Shown here: positions 33,340-43,636 of the stretch, one piece after another | Numbering within the stretch: the stretch's first letter is position 1 | Layout of the letters: each line of letters starts with the position of its first letter | Virus record (IMG/VR): IMGVR_UViG_3300044716_001642 | Coordinates: 1-64,000 of that record | Source: a virus | Length of the DNA: 64,000 nt | Direction: 5' to 3' (one strand) | The notes under the pieces: model-generated | Databases searched by the model: none | What the model was told of the DNA's origin: nothing | What the model saw: the letters and a program-made list of their open reading frames with translations, nothing else | Made by a program: the position numbers and the translations under genes

Positions 33340-34443
33340 ATGATGCAGCAAAATTATATTCTTATTCCGCATTTTTATCGCTTGAACTGGGCGAGAGAAA
33401 TGAGCGAGTTCTTGAAAAATTCTGGACGTTTCCAATGTTATGGCAAGGACTTCCAATATGGAAATTACTCCAAAGCGGGCAAATTGAGAGATGAATATTT
33501 AAATTCTTTATTAGATAATTCTGCTAAAATACAAGGCGGTGCGCTATTTTTTGTAAATCTGAATGATTATATTTACTTCAATAGAAGAACTGAACTTAAA
33601 GAAAAATTCAAAATAGCAGGTTTTATGAGAGGCTCAAGATACTTCGAAGGAGAGCCTGGAAATGCTTCTATTGGAAAAGATTCATTAGTTGATATGCAAA
33701 ATTTAGAAGGCGAGGCTTTGAAAGAGGTTGATCAACTTTTTTTAGGAAGTAAAGCTTTCTGTTCTTTTTTAACAAGTAAAGTAACAAATTTAGACATTGG
33801 CAAAATAAACATACTCGGAATACCAATTTTTATACCGCCGTATTATTTAGGAAAAACTCATGAAGAGGTAAAAAGTTTTCAAATACAAAAAAGTAAAGAC
33901 CTGATTATCTGGAATCATAGATTGCAGAAGCAGAAGAATCCTTGGGTGCTGTTTGCACTCGACCAGTTTGTAAAAGAGAGGATAGCTGTTTGTACGCCAG
34001 AAGCTTTAAGTGCAGCTTATTCAGTTGAGATGAAGCATCATGAATTAACCTTCAATAAAATTGTTAGAGACAACGGCAAAAAGCGTGACTCATATCTTGA
34101 GTGCTTGAAGAAGTCGAGTTTTGTCCTGAGTTTTGCAGAGCATGAAACTTGGGGGAACTCTATGATAGAGGCTATCATGCAAGGAGCAACTCCTCTTGCT
34201 CCAGATGGCGAATTGTGCGCGTATAAAGATTTATACCCAAAAGAGTTCCTGTATCCCGCCTCTTGGATTAAAAAAGAAAAAAATATCGACAAAAGAAAAG
34301 AGAATATGAAAAAGCTGTCAACACATATAGATAACTTTATGAAATATGATCATTCTCTTTTATTGAATGATTCACAGGATGATTTATGGTCAAAATACAA
34401 TAAAGACCAATGGTTGAAAAATTTAGTAAATCTTTTAAATTAA
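33340..34443 (+). CDS. GT-B fold glycosyltransferase (NHR motif)
   Basis: IIWNHRLQKQKNP; ETWGNSMIEAIMQGATPLAP donor-binding motif. Confidence 0.75.
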   Translation: MMQQNYILIPHFYRLNWAREMSEFLKNSGRFQCYGKDFQYGNYSKAGKLRDEYLNSLLDNSAKIQGGALFFVNLNDYIYFNRRTELKEKFKIAGFMRGSRYFEGEPGNASIGKDSLVDMQNLEGEALKEVDQLFLGSKAFCSFLTSKVTNLDIGKINILGIPIFIPPYYLGKTHEEVKSFQIQKSKDLIIWNHRLQKQKNPWVLFALDQFVKERIAVCTPEALSAAYSVEMKHHELTFNKIVRDNGKKRDSYLECLKKSSFVLSFAEHETWGNSMIEAIMQGATPLAPDGELCAYKDLYPKEFLYPASWIKKEKNIDKRKENMKKLSTHIDNFMKYDHSLLLNDSQDDLWSKYNKDQWLKNLVNLLN

Positions 34444-34449
34444 AAAAAA

Positions 34450-34758
34450 TTACCAAACGCATTCAAAGCCAGCATAAAAAGCGGTGGTTTGAGCATTTTC
34501 AATAAAAATTTCCTTTATAGGGCCACCTTTTATCCAATAATCGTGAAAGGTTTTTGCTAAAATATCACCGGAATAATGTAGCGCATTTTCATTATTTGAG
34601 AAAAGTTGTGCCTTTAATTCCCCGTGATCGTTTGTCATCTGTCTTAATTTATTAGAGAAGTCAATAAAGTTGAACCTACCTGCGTTTAGGCATCTACCGG
34701 CATTTAATTTTAAGTCAGCAGGAATTGATTTTTCTATGTTTTTTAAAATATCTTCCAT
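34450..34758 (-). CDS. Hypothetical protein
   Basis: ATG ORF in operon-like run. Confidence 0.6.
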   Translation of the reverse strand: MEDILKNIEKSIPADLKLNAGRCLNAGRFNFIDFSNKLRQMTNDHGELKAQLFSNNENALHYSGDILAKTFHDYWIKGGPIKEIFIENAQTTAFYAGFECVW

Positions 34759-34765
34759 ATTCTCA

Positions 34766-35023
34766 TTAGCCCTCCCAGCTTTTTGCTGTTTCTATTGCGA
34801 GAAATAATTTGTCAGTATCGAAATCTGGAGTGAGTGCTAAAATTCTTAAATCTTTTTCATCTATTAAAACCCTAAGCGCCGAATTAATTTTAGAAATTGC
34901 CTTGTTTTCCTCGCCTTTTTCGCATCGTAAAACTATAACATCTTTTTCATTAATTTTTGAATATGGTACAATTTCCACTAATGGAGAAAGATTATATTCT
35001 TTATCAAAATTTATATTATTCAT
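34766..35023 (-). CDS. Hypothetical protein
   Basis: ATG ORF in operon-like run. Confidence 0.6.
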   Translation of the reverse strand: MNNINFDKEYNLSPLVEIVPYSKINEKDVIVLRCEKGEENKAISKINSALRVLIDEKDLRILALTPDFDTDKLFLAIETAKSWEG

Positions 35024-35040
35024 ATTGCGAATCTTTGTTT

Positions 35041-35667
35041 TTACTTTTTGTTTTTTTGTTGTCTTGATTTCCTTGGAACTTTTTTAGTTTTCTTTATATT
35101 CTTTTTTGATTCTTCTTCATAAGTGAGTAATTCTCGCAAATTTTGAATTGCGTCATGGTCTTGGAAATATAGTTCAGTAAATTGCAACAGCTTCAAAGAT
35201 GTCCAATCCTGCATTAATTTTATTATCTCAGAGGCGTTTCCATTTAAATCCTGAACATATGATTCAAAGATTTGTTTATCATGTTCGTCTGGACTGAACA
35301 TATTATTTACATCTCTTATCATAGAGATAATTTCTTCATTATTGTAAAATCCATATACAGGAGAAGTCTCCGACTGTTGATCGCCTATTTGGGAGAATAA
35401 TTGAAAGTAAAAATAGTTTTTATTTTCTTGATTTAAATCTTCTATCTTCAAACAATAACATATATAAAAATATCTGAAGGATTTTAAAACTTTTTCAATT
35501 TGCGTTTTAGACCCGCATTCTTTTATTATTGAATTTATTTCTTCATTACTTTGTAGGAGGCTATAAGATGGAAACAACGCTTTAGATGGGCAAAACGCAA
35601 AATTCAAGGAAGCTGAAAATTGATTGAGATTTGGATTTTTATTTTCGTTATTTGATATTTTTTTCAT
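35041..35667 (-). CDS. Hypothetical protein
   Basis: 208-aa ORF, basic tail. Confidence 0.65.
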   Translation of the reverse strand: MKKISNNENKNPNLNQFSASLNFAFCPSKALFPSYSLLQSNEEINSIIKECGSKTQIEKVLKSFRYFYICYCLKIEDLNQENKNYFYFQLFSQIGDQQSETSPVYGFYNNEEIISMIRDVNNMFSPDEHDKQIFESYVQDLNGNASEIIKLMQDWTSLKLLQFTELYFQDHDAIQNLRELLTYEEESKKNIKKTKKVPRKSRQQKNKK

Positions 35668-35739
35668 TTTCCGTGTATACGTGATATAATATATTATACT
35701 TTTAATTATTTAACAAGCAAAAAAAATATAAAAAAACAT

Positions 35740-36357
35740 ATGGAAATTAGCAATAATCAAATTCACTCAATGGAAAAAACTTTTTTTAAAAATTCTGATG
35801 AATTGCCTCGTTTAACTACGCTTGGTTTTGAAGTGAAGCGTGTTCCTGTTGAAATTTTTAATATAATTAAAGATGCGTATAATTCTCTTAAAGATTCTGC
35901 TCGTGATGAGAATGCAGGTTTGGGTTTTATAAAAAACGCTTCTGGAAGCATTGCTACAGAGATTATGTCTTTGGATCAATTTCCAGAGATTCGAGAGTCG
36001 ATACTTCAAGGATTGCTTTCTGAGCATGAAGCTTGGGCTGACGTTGATTTGAGTCCAATAGCATGTTATGGAATAAGAAGTTACAAAAATGGCTCTACAT
36101 TAAAGATGCATAAGGACAAGGTAGAAACCCACCATATTTCTTGTATCATCATTGTGGATGAAGACGGTGAAAAATGGCCTTTAGATATAAAAGACCATAC
36201 TGGAAAGCTGCATCATGTTTACGCCAAGCCTGGCGATATGATTATGTATGAGTCAGCAGTTTGCGAGCATGGAAGAACAACTCCGTATCCTGGAAATTTT
36301 TTCAGAAATATGTTTGTGCATTATAGTTTTAAGAACTTGATTTACAAACCGGAATAA
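35740..36357 (+). CDS. 2OG-Fe(II) oxygenase
   Basis: YGIRSY, LKMHKD, ISCII, WPL, GDMIMYES...HGR, RNMFVHY. Confidence 0.8.
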   Translation: MEISNNQIHSMEKTFFKNSDELPRLTTLGFEVKRVPVEIFNIIKDAYNSLKDSARDENAGLGFIKNASGSIATEIMSLDQFPEIRESILQGLLSEHEAWADVDLSPIACYGIRSYKNGSTLKMHKDKVETHHISCIIIVDEDGEKWPLDIKDHTGKLHHVYAKPGDMIMYESAVCEHGRTTPYPGNFFRNMFVHYSFKNLIYKPE

Positions 36358-37720
36358 TCGGTTTAGAATAAATTGTATCTTTATTGGTCGTGTTATCTTT
36401 TATCTCGTCGTTAAAAAGTAAACGCCATCTCATTCTTTGAAAGTTGCTATTGCAATGAAAACTCCATAAGGAATTAATAAGTTCTTTTTTTGTAATATTT
36501 TTTCTTTCATCAATCAGGTCTAAAACTTTATCGTATTTAGCAGGGACATTGCCAATTTTATTTTTAATTGATTCTATTATTTTCGTGTTAAATACTGAGT
36601 CATCAGGTACAAATAATGTTTTCAACTTTGGACTAGAATATATTGTTGATGTTCCAATTTTATCGCGGTCAAGTAGTAAAATAATTTTATTTTTTAACTC
36701 TAAAGCATTTTTATGAAAAAAAACTGGGGCATGCTCGTATTCCTTAAACATGTCTATATAAACTTCTCTTTCAGGAATAAGAGTATAACACCCGTTGTAT
36801 ATCGCATCCAAAGCCGCCATATTCCAAGTGGAATATCCTTTGTGATTGCAAACTGCAAAGTGGCTTTGCTGCATTAAATATCCATAATTTTCAAATGGAA
36901 GTTGCTCAATGTGAACGAATGGATACTTTTTAGCTATTTCGGAGCTTTCCTTGTTCGCGGCATCGGTTATCCACAAAACAAAATCTTGTCGTGTTTGATA
37001 TATCTCTTCGAATATTTTAACAACTTCTTTCCATTGAGTTGTTTGATTTAATCTATGATTGAATAAAACTATTTTTTTACCAGAAAATTTTGACAAATCT
37101 ACTGGATCATTTCCAAATTTAGTTGCCGATGGTCTAAAATATAAAACTTTGTCGTCTTTGATTTCTTCTATATCTTTACCATTTTCGCCAAACCTGGATT
37201 TAAATTCATTTTTAAATAGGGAAAAAGCATAATCATTATGGAATGCTGAATAGTCTGCGTCAATGAACCCCTCCGCTTCTCTATAAAAATATCCCCCAAG
37301 ATCTTCACCAAATTTTCTAGATTCTTGGCAGTCTATCCAGTGGAAAAAATTAATTATTATAGGCTTTTCTCTTTTCGCTGTATCAAATAAAGTTCTTAAT
37401 GAGCCGGTTACTTCCGGCTGATTATTGAGAATAAAGTCAATATCAGTAGTGTAAGGTATAGCGTCCAGTATATTTCTGCCATAGAAATCATATCTGTTCC
37501 TATGTATGCTAGTAGGATAGGGATAGTAAATGAAATCAATATTTGGATGTGCATCAAGAAACCATTGCTGTTCGTTTTTTTTAAAAACCTGCTCTGGAAC
37601 AATCCAAGTAAATCTATAATCTTTTGGAAAACTCTTGAGAAGCTGCTTTACATATATAAATCCGCTGTCTTTGTAGTAATAAAATTTTTTGCTGATCTTA
37701 TCTATGACCAGCGGATTCAT
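36329..37720 (-). CDS. GT-B fold glycosyltransferase (NHR motif; start revised to 37720)
   Basis: VLFNHRLNQTTQW; YSTWNMAALDAIYNG. Confidence 0.75.
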   Translation of the reverse strand: MNPLVIDKISKKFYYYKDSGFIYVKQLLKSFPKDYRFTWIVPEQVFKKNEQQWFLDAHPNIDFIYYPYPTSIHRNRYDFYGRNILDAIPYTTDIDFILNNQPEVTGSLRTLFDTAKREKPIIINFFHWIDCQESRKFGEDLGGYFYREAEGFIDADYSAFHNDYAFSLFKNEFKSRFGENGKDIEEIKDDKVLYFRPSATKFGNDPVDLSKFSGKKIVLFNHRLNQTTQWKEVVKIFEEIYQTRQDFVLWITDAANKESSEIAKKYPFVHIEQLPFENYGYLMQQSHFAVCNHKGYSTWNMAALDAIYNGCYTLIPEREVYIDMFKEYEHAPVFFHKNALELKNKIILLLDRDKIGTSTIYSSPKLKTLFVPDDSVFNTKIIESIKNKIGNVPAKYDKVLDLIDERKNITKKELINSLWSFHCNSNFQRMRWRLLFNDEIKDNTTNKDTIYSKPIIPVCKSSS

Positions 37721-37750
37721 GTAAATTAAACCTCTAAGCATTCTATAAAA

Positions 37751-37945
37751 TTATCCCAAATGCAAAAGTTTTAGTATGAGCTTTTTAAGCCATTGCAATT
37801 TGGATTCTGGCTTGGATCTAGTTTCTGATTTGTGACAATCCTTGTCGCAACTTCTGTTGCAACTTTTATCGCAACTTTTACCACAATTTTTTCGTGTTGT
37901 ATTTTTTCTTCTATTAAGAATATTTCTTGTTTGTCTTGTTTTCAT
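37751..37945 (-). CDS. Small basic Cys-repeat protein
   Basis: CGKSCDKSCNRSCDKDC. Confidence 0.45.
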   Translation of the reverse strand: MKTRQTRNILNRRKNTTRKNCGKSCDKSCNRSCDKDCHKSETRSKPESKLQWLKKLILKLLHLG

Positions 37946-37954
37946 AATATGATA

Positions 37955-38866
37955 TTATATTTCTTTTAACAAGTTTTTATACTCAAAAATTGCTAGATTT
38001 TTTGCTTTTGCTTCTACTTCTATATCTACGTTGTATAGTGAGAAAATTTTAGGAATGTGCTTTATGTAGTCTGAATGCGCCCTGTCGTCAGTTTTAGACT
38101 TTCCTTCTGAATGATGAAAGACTGGATTAACATTTTTCCAAGTTAGGGTTGCAGATTTAAAAGCATCGTCAAATGACAAAAGCGCATCTGGATTGCAAAT
38201 ATAATGAAGAGAATCAAAAACAACTGGAACATTGGGAAAATAAGAACGAATGTTTGAAACGGTCCAAAAGCCGGAATGCTCATTCTCAAACGTGAGTCTG
38301 TTAAGAACATTTGGTTTTAACTTTGCAAGTGACTCTTTAAAAAATGGAAGCAGTGGGATTGGATCTTTACCATTGCTGAGGTGAATATTTATATGGGCTG
38401 AGTGATCCTGCGGCAAACCAAGTTTGTCCATAAAATCTGCATGATGAATTAAGTTTTTGATTGAATTTTCCCTAACACTTGGATTGGAAGATCCGATGCT
38501 GCAGAACTGACCTGGATGCGTGGAGCATCTGCCGCCCATCTCATAATACTTTTCTAAACAAATTTTTGCAGAATCCCATTCTGATTGATTTGAATAAAAA
38601 CTGTCGTAGACATGTGAAAAATCTGGATGATCTCCAAGCGGAAAAAGATCAGAGGAGATGCGGTAAATCCAAATTTTTTTATCTATACAGTAGTTGATTA
38701 CTTTTTTTAGCTCTAACAGGTTGTTTTTATATATATCGACAAGTTTTTTTGGTGCTTGAGACTTATTTTTAGTACACCATGATAGTGTTGTGGATTTGAA
38801 TTTAGTGCCAATGTAATTTTCGTGCGGAAGCGAGATACAGCAAAAACCAATTCTTTGTTTAGTCAT
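37955..38866 (-). CDS. uvsE: UV damage endonuclease UvsE/UvdE
   Basis: RIGFCCI, YRISSDLFP, STHPGQFCSIGS, NIHLSNG, TFENE, PVVFDSLHY, FHHSE, RAHSDYI, EVEAKAK. Confidence 0.92.
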   Translation of the reverse strand: MTKQRIGFCCISLPHENYIGTKFKSTTLSWCTKNKSQAPKKLVDIYKNNLLELKKVINYCIDKKIWIYRISSDLFPLGDHPDFSHVYDSFYSNQSEWDSAKICLEKYYEMGGRCSTHPGQFCSIGSSNPSVRENSIKNLIHHADFMDKLGLPQDHSAHINIHLSNGKDPIPLLPFFKESLAKLKPNVLNRLTFENEHSGFWTVSNIRSYFPNVPVVFDSLHYICNPDALLSFDDAFKSATLTWKNVNPVFHHSEGKSKTDDRAHSDYIKHIPKIFSLYNVDIEVEAKAKNLAIFEYKNLLKEI

Positions 38867-38869
38867 ATT

Positions 38870-39286
38870 TTATATATATGATATTTTTATTGGGCAGTCA
38901 ATCTGTATTAGCTCTATTCCTAATTTTTCAGCTAATTCTAATGAGGAACTGTCCTTATCGTATACATCAGCATAAATAACCTTTTTAATTCCATATGACG
39001 ATAGGGATTTTAGACAATCATTGCATGGAAGTAATGTAGTAGCGGCTAAGTAGCATTCATCTGGTCTGATGTATCTTAATGCATTTTGCTCTGCATGCAC
39101 CACAAATTTCCTTCTCCTGTCTCTATCAGTCCAATCTTCCTCTATTCCGGCTGGAAATCCATTAAAACCATGCGCCGCGACTGTGTTATTGTGTCTCAAT
39201 AGGGTACAACCAACCTTAACATATGGATCTTTTGATTTTAAAGATGCCACAGATGCTAAGGCTAGTGCATGTTGCTCCCAAGTCAT
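38870..39286 (-). CDS. dCMP deaminase-like protein
   Basis: SKDPYVKVGC, GFNGFP, HAEQNAL, PCNDC. Confidence 0.9.
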   Translation of the reverse strand: MTWEQHALALASVASLKSKDPYVKVGCTLLRHNNTVAAHGFNGFPAGIEEDWTDRDRRRKFVVHAEQNALRYIRPDECYLAATTLLPCNDCLKSLSSYGIKKVIYADVYDKDSSSLELAEKLGIELIQIDCPIKISYI

Positions 39287-39288
39287 TT

Positions 39289-40365
39289 TTAAAGATTAAA
39301 ATAAATCTTGTGAACCAGTCCCATTTCCTTATCAAAGAGGGAAGATTCTACTCCTCTTGTGTTGCCGACATATCCCTTCTTCTTGTGCCAGAAGTCGCTG
39401 GCGGAAAGAGATGGCTTCCAGCATACTCGAACTCCTTGCAATTCCCTTTGTTGCATCATATGATAGTGACCAAGATGCCAGAAACGATGCTTGCAGTCAG
39501 CCCACAATCTTGATTCTTCAGTTGCCATAATACCAACCAAGTCAGCAACCTTTTCCTCATTTCCATGGGTATATCCGATCAAATTCTTTCCATAGCTGTA
39601 ATACTTTCTAGTCATTGGAGAATTATTGACCGTGACATTCTTATCATGCTCATACTTTACTTCAAGCAGATCGCCAAGCATAAATTCAGAAAGATGACCG
39701 TGATTACCAGAAACAATCACAACATCCACTGGCGCAACAGTTTTCAATTTTTCAATTGTCTCAATTACGATCTTTCGACCCTCTCGCAAGATTTTCTTGA
39801 ACCTTGAGTCGGTGTCTTGATGAGTTCCAGCCGTTGTGGTATTTTGCTCATTGTCAATCTGGAAGAAGTCATTGCCGAACGGAAATACAATCTTATTAAC
39901 TGGAAACTTAGAAACAGCATTGAGAGTATAATCAATTGATTTATTCAAAGCCATCGCAGCTTCCTTCATATCATAATGTTCCCCAGCTTCCTCAGCCCAT
40001 GCGAGTTTGCCCCAATGTAGATCGAATGGTGCAAATTCTAGAAGCATTCCGTTCTCCCTGTTTTTATACTTAATAGGTGATGATTTTTGAACATAACTTG
40101 AAAGCTCCCTCTTCAACTCGCTAATGTCTTGCCCAAGAATAGTCTTCTTCTTCAGATAAACTTTAAAATTATAGCCTCTTGTGTTTTCTTCAATGGTGTA
40201 ATGATCAACACTCCATTTTGATTCATCCACTCCACAAGCCTTCAAGGTTTGCTCTAAACTCTTACCTTCCGAGCATGGCATTGAAATTGATCCATCATCG
40301 GATACTGTATCTTCGAATGTTGGTTTTTTACTTTTCGCGCTTTTTGTCATTTTGTTGTTGTTCAT
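39289..40365 (-). CDS. Calcineurin-like metallophosphoesterase (phage type)
   Basis: FDLHWGK, GNDFF, SGNHG, THG, GHYH. Confidence 0.8.
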   Translation of the reverse strand: MNNNKMTKSAKSKKPTFEDTVSDDGSISMPCSEGKSLEQTLKACGVDESKWSVDHYTIEENTRGYNFKVYLKKKTILGQDISELKRELSSYVQKSSPIKYKNRENGMLLEFAPFDLHWGKLAWAEEAGEHYDMKEAAMALNKSIDYTLNAVSKFPVNKIVFPFGNDFFQIDNEQNTTTAGTHQDTDSRFKKILREGRKIVIETIEKLKTVAPVDVVIVSGNHGHLSEFMLGDLLEVKYEHDKNVTVNNSPMTRKYYSYGKNLIGYTHGNEEKVADLVGIMATEESRLWADCKHRFWHLGHYHMMQQRELQGVRVCWKPSLSASDFWHKKKGYVGNTRGVESSLFDKEMGLVHKIYFNL

Positions 40366-40371
40366 TTTAAA

Positions 40372-40569
40372 TTATTTTTTATTGCTCAACTTTTTAATCT
40401 TCAGCTTTGTTTTTTTTGATCCATGATGTTCCGACCATGAAAAGGGGGACATTGCGTCAAAGTCTTCATTTGTGGTATGAATATATTTCAATAAATTTTT
40501 AGAATCTTCGTTTTTAAATTTTTCAGATTCTACAAGTAAGGCAATTAGGATTTTCTCTTTCTTCGTCAT
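40372..40569 (-). CDS. Hypothetical protein
   Basis: ATG ORF in run. Confidence 0.5.
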   Translation of the reverse strand: MTKKEKILIALLVESEKFKNEDSKNLLKYIHTTNEDFDAMSPFSWSEHHGSKKTKLKIKKLSNKK

Positions 40570-40606
40570 TTTTTATGAAACTGTCAAGATTATTTTTATT
40601 TTTTTA

Positions 40607-41668
40607 TTAATTTGTGAGTTCTAGGTTCTCTATGTTTTTAAGAGATTTGTTCAATAGGTTTTTAATGTAACCGTCGCATGAGTCAGCGTTTTTAATTTGA
40701 ATTAGAGCTTCTTTAAAGTATAAAGGGTTTCTTAGGGCATAGCTTTTAACCTCTTCGTATTTGAAAAATAAGGATATGAATCTTTCCTCAGAAAGCACAG
40801 GCAAGAAAAATCTAAGAAATTCTTTGTTTTTAGTGATGAAGGGAATCGAGCTTTGATAGGTATTCTCCACTGACAGAAAATTTTGAGCTTGTTTGAAATC
40901 TGATTTTTGAAAAATTTCTTTGAGTTTGTCTTCAACATTGCCAATGGAAATGGAAGTAATCAGTTTCGAAGGATTAGATTCGAGCGGAAGAACATCAAAA
41001 ACATCGCCGCCAAGATTATACATCTCTATTGCGTAGTCAAGACGCCTCGGGGAAACTAATAGTTGGGTTGATTTATTCAGTCCATTCCACCATTCGATTG
41101 CTGCTTTTCCGATTTCTGCGCCAAATTTTTTTGAAAAATAACTTAAGTCAGCCTGATATGGGAGTTTTATTTGGACCTGGAAACGATCCAATTGGGCAGG
41201 GTCAAGCTGCTCAACATCATAAGACTGATCAATCTCATCGTCACTGAATGGGTTAATGCCAACCCATACGGTTTTTAACGAAGGAAATTTTTTACCATTG
41301 ATGCTTTTAAATTGAATAAGTTCCATTGAGCCATTTCTGACTTTTTTATGTGTTCTATTGTACTCATCAATAAAAATTGCCTTTATGTTTTTTGTAACAA
41401 AATGCTTTGGCAGTACGAAATCAAGATAATTATTTCCATTTTCGTCTTTCTGCTCTCTTGGAACTCCTACAAAATCTATAAATGGGTCCATGGTTGAACC
41501 GGAAAGATAAAGCCAATTCCCCTCCCCAAACTCTTCATTGAAGACTTGAGTGATGATTGTTGTTTTTCCAGTTCCGGCTCTTCCTTCCAAGAGCACATTT
41601 TGATCATGTTTTAGATAGAACTTAAGTTTTGCTATTAACTTTTGGTAGTCGAAATTATGCTTTGACAT
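40607..41668 (-). CDS. MoxR-like AAA+ ATPase
   Basis: GRAGTGKT, DFVGVP, IFIDEYNR, INP, LDPAQLDRF, SPRRL. Confidence 0.85.
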   Translation of the reverse strand: MSKHNFDYQKLIAKLKFYLKHDQNVLLEGRAGTGKTTIITQVFNEEFGEGNWLYLSGSTMDPFIDFVGVPREQKDENGNNYLDFVLPKHFVTKNIKAIFIDEYNRTHKKVRNGSMELIQFKSINGKKFPSLKTVWVGINPFSDDEIDQSYDVEQLDPAQLDRFQVQIKLPYQADLSYFSKKFGAEIGKAAIEWWNGLNKSTQLLVSPRRLDYAIEMYNLGGDVFDVLPLESNPSKLITSISIGNVEDKLKEIFQKSDFKQAQNFLSVENTYQSSIPFITKNKEFLRFFLPVLSEERFISLFFKYEEVKSYALRNPLYFKEALIQIKNADSCDGYIKNLLNKSLKNIENLELTN

Positions 41669-41704
41669 GAAAAAAACATACGTAATTTTTTTCGGTATGT
41701 CAAG

Positions 41705-43582
41705 TCATTTCAGAAAATATTCACCAGCCTTTGGATATGGCAAGCGAGTAAATTTATCTTCGGACAAATTGAATACATCGCAATTGTTGTCTTTTGCTAT
41801 TTTTTCAAATCTTTTGTATATGTTTTCTAAATAATTGGGGTCATTTTTTCCTCTTACTTTGACCATATAATCAGGATCTGACATTCCTCTATTTTTTATA
41901 TCTATTCCAATTCCATAGAAATGCGTATTTCCATTTTCATCTGGAATGTAACTCATATCAGCGCCCAAATAATATATCTGTTTTGGATTAAGATTATCTA
42001 AAGCCCAGTACGAAGCATTCAACATAATAGAAAATCCACATTCGCCTATGCCTCCGTATTTTCTGAGTGATGGTCCGTATATATTTGCATTTATTTCGAC
42101 CTGATTTTCCTTTATTAGATCCGGCTTAGAACCTTCGTAATCGTTTGGATGAATCCAATATGTCCATTTTTCAGTTAGAGCCCAAGCATTATTGACGGCA
42201 ATAATTGAATTGAAATATTTTTCATACTTTGAGACATCTAATCCGCTTTTTCCGCTTCCAATAATAAGGATTTTATCTTTTTCATTGCTTCTTCGAGTTA
42301 AAATTTTGTATTTTTTTAAAACATTGTCGGAAACAGCTTCTGTCTTTTTTAAATTTTCTATAGGGAATAATGGGCTTTTTTTCATCCATTTCTTAGATTT
42401 AGAATAAGGCCAAATTACAAAACTTTTTGGTTCTTGGTATGGGTGATAATAATTTATTTCGAACTCTGTTTCGTTTAATTTTTTGTTTAAAAAGTCAGGA
42501 GATTTTTTTATATTTAAATTTTTTCTTTCAATCGTATTTTCATTTGAATCTTTAATAAAAAAAGCTAAAAACGAAATATCATCCGCATAATCTACCAAAT
42601 TTATATCCCAAGTAAGCTTTACAGTAATTTTTTTCTTTATTAGTGACCACGAATCCGGGTCTGGATCAACTGGAGGCTCGTTGCACTCTACCGCGTCTTT
42701 ATGAAGAATATTTCTTTCGAAATCTATGCCTGAATAATTTTTATAATCTTCTAAGGTTCTCTCTGTTCCTAATGAAAAATTTTTAAGATCATAATCGGAA
42801 TTAAAGCCAAGTAAGCATTTCAATCTGTTTCTTGATTTAGACGATAAGACTGCGCTACTGTGATCCTTCCAATGCTTTGAGTATTCGTTTCTTATGTAAA
42901 AATGCCAAAGGAAAAAATCCACTGGATGATATATGTTATAACCACGAGTATAGAGCCTGATGAAAAGAGACGTTTCTTCCCCAGAAAAATAAAATTCTGG
43001 ATCGTATGGGACATCTTTTATAAGAAAACCTCTTCCAAAGAGGAAACCTGCAGCTAAATGTCTGGCTAAATATGGTTTTTTTCTAATTTCCCAATTGTCC
43101 AAAGTTTTTGGTCTCTGTTTTGTCATGCCGTTTTGAATAGCATAAACATGGATCACGTAAGTTTTTTTTTCCCAATCCTTTTCCTCGCTTGACGGATTGT
43201 ATGGGGGCGGATAAGACGTGTAAATAGCCTTATCATCATTAAGCGACTTCCAAGAGTCTATTAACTTTGAGTCCCAGTGTTTTATAAATCTAGAATGCGA
43301 GTCTATTTGTAAAGTGTATTCTTCGTCGGCATACATTTCATTAGTTTTGCTTCTAGCCCAACAAGCGCCAAGAGACTCCTTAAATGGAATATTTAAAATT
43401 TTGAATCTATTATCATTTTCATAACGATTGACTTCTAGAGAAAATTCGTCTTCCTCGCAGTATTGATTAACGATTGCAAATGTTAAATTTTCTGGAAATT
43501 CAGATTTAGAGATGCAGTCATCAATTGTTTTGCATAATTCGGGATCCCTATAAGATGCAATTTGAATAAATATTTTTGACAT
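41705..43582 (-). CDS. GlcNAc-transferase (PF11397-like) fused to a DUF115/MAF-like domain
   Basis: IFIQIASYRDPEL, GACWARS, LQIDSHSRF, FSGEE; C-terminal ILIIGSG...IAVNNAW...YYLGADM. Confidence 0.75.
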   Translation of the reverse strand: MSKIFIQIASYRDPELCKTIDDCISKSEFPENLTFAIVNQYCEEDEFSLEVNRYENDNRFKILNIPFKESLGACWARSKTNEMYADEEYTLQIDSHSRFIKHWDSKLIDSWKSLNDDKAIYTSYPPPYNPSSEEKDWEKKTYVIHVYAIQNGMTKQRPKTLDNWEIRKKPYLARHLAAGFLFGRGFLIKDVPYDPEFYFSGEETSLFIRLYTRGYNIYHPVDFFLWHFYIRNEYSKHWKDHSSAVLSSKSRNRLKCLLGFNSDYDLKNFSLGTERTLEDYKNYSGIDFERNILHKDAVECNEPPVDPDPDSWSLIKKKITVKLTWDINLVDYADDISFLAFFIKDSNENTIERKNLNIKKSPDFLNKKLNETEFEINYYHPYQEPKSFVIWPYSKSKKWMKKSPLFPIENLKKTEAVSDNVLKKYKILTRRSNEKDKILIIGSGKSGLDVSKYEKYFNSIIAVNNAWALTEKWTYWIHPNDYEGSKPDLIKENQVEINANIYGPSLRKYGGIGECGFSIMLNASYWALDNLNPKQIYYLGADMSYIPDENGNTHFYGIGIDIKNRGMSDPDYMVKVRGKNDPNYLENIYKRFEKIAKDNNCDVFNLSEDKFTRLPYPKAGEYFLK

Positions 43583-43636
43583 AAAGCGTGTATTATATAA
43601 TATAATATAACATTATAATTAAATAATTAATTTTTT

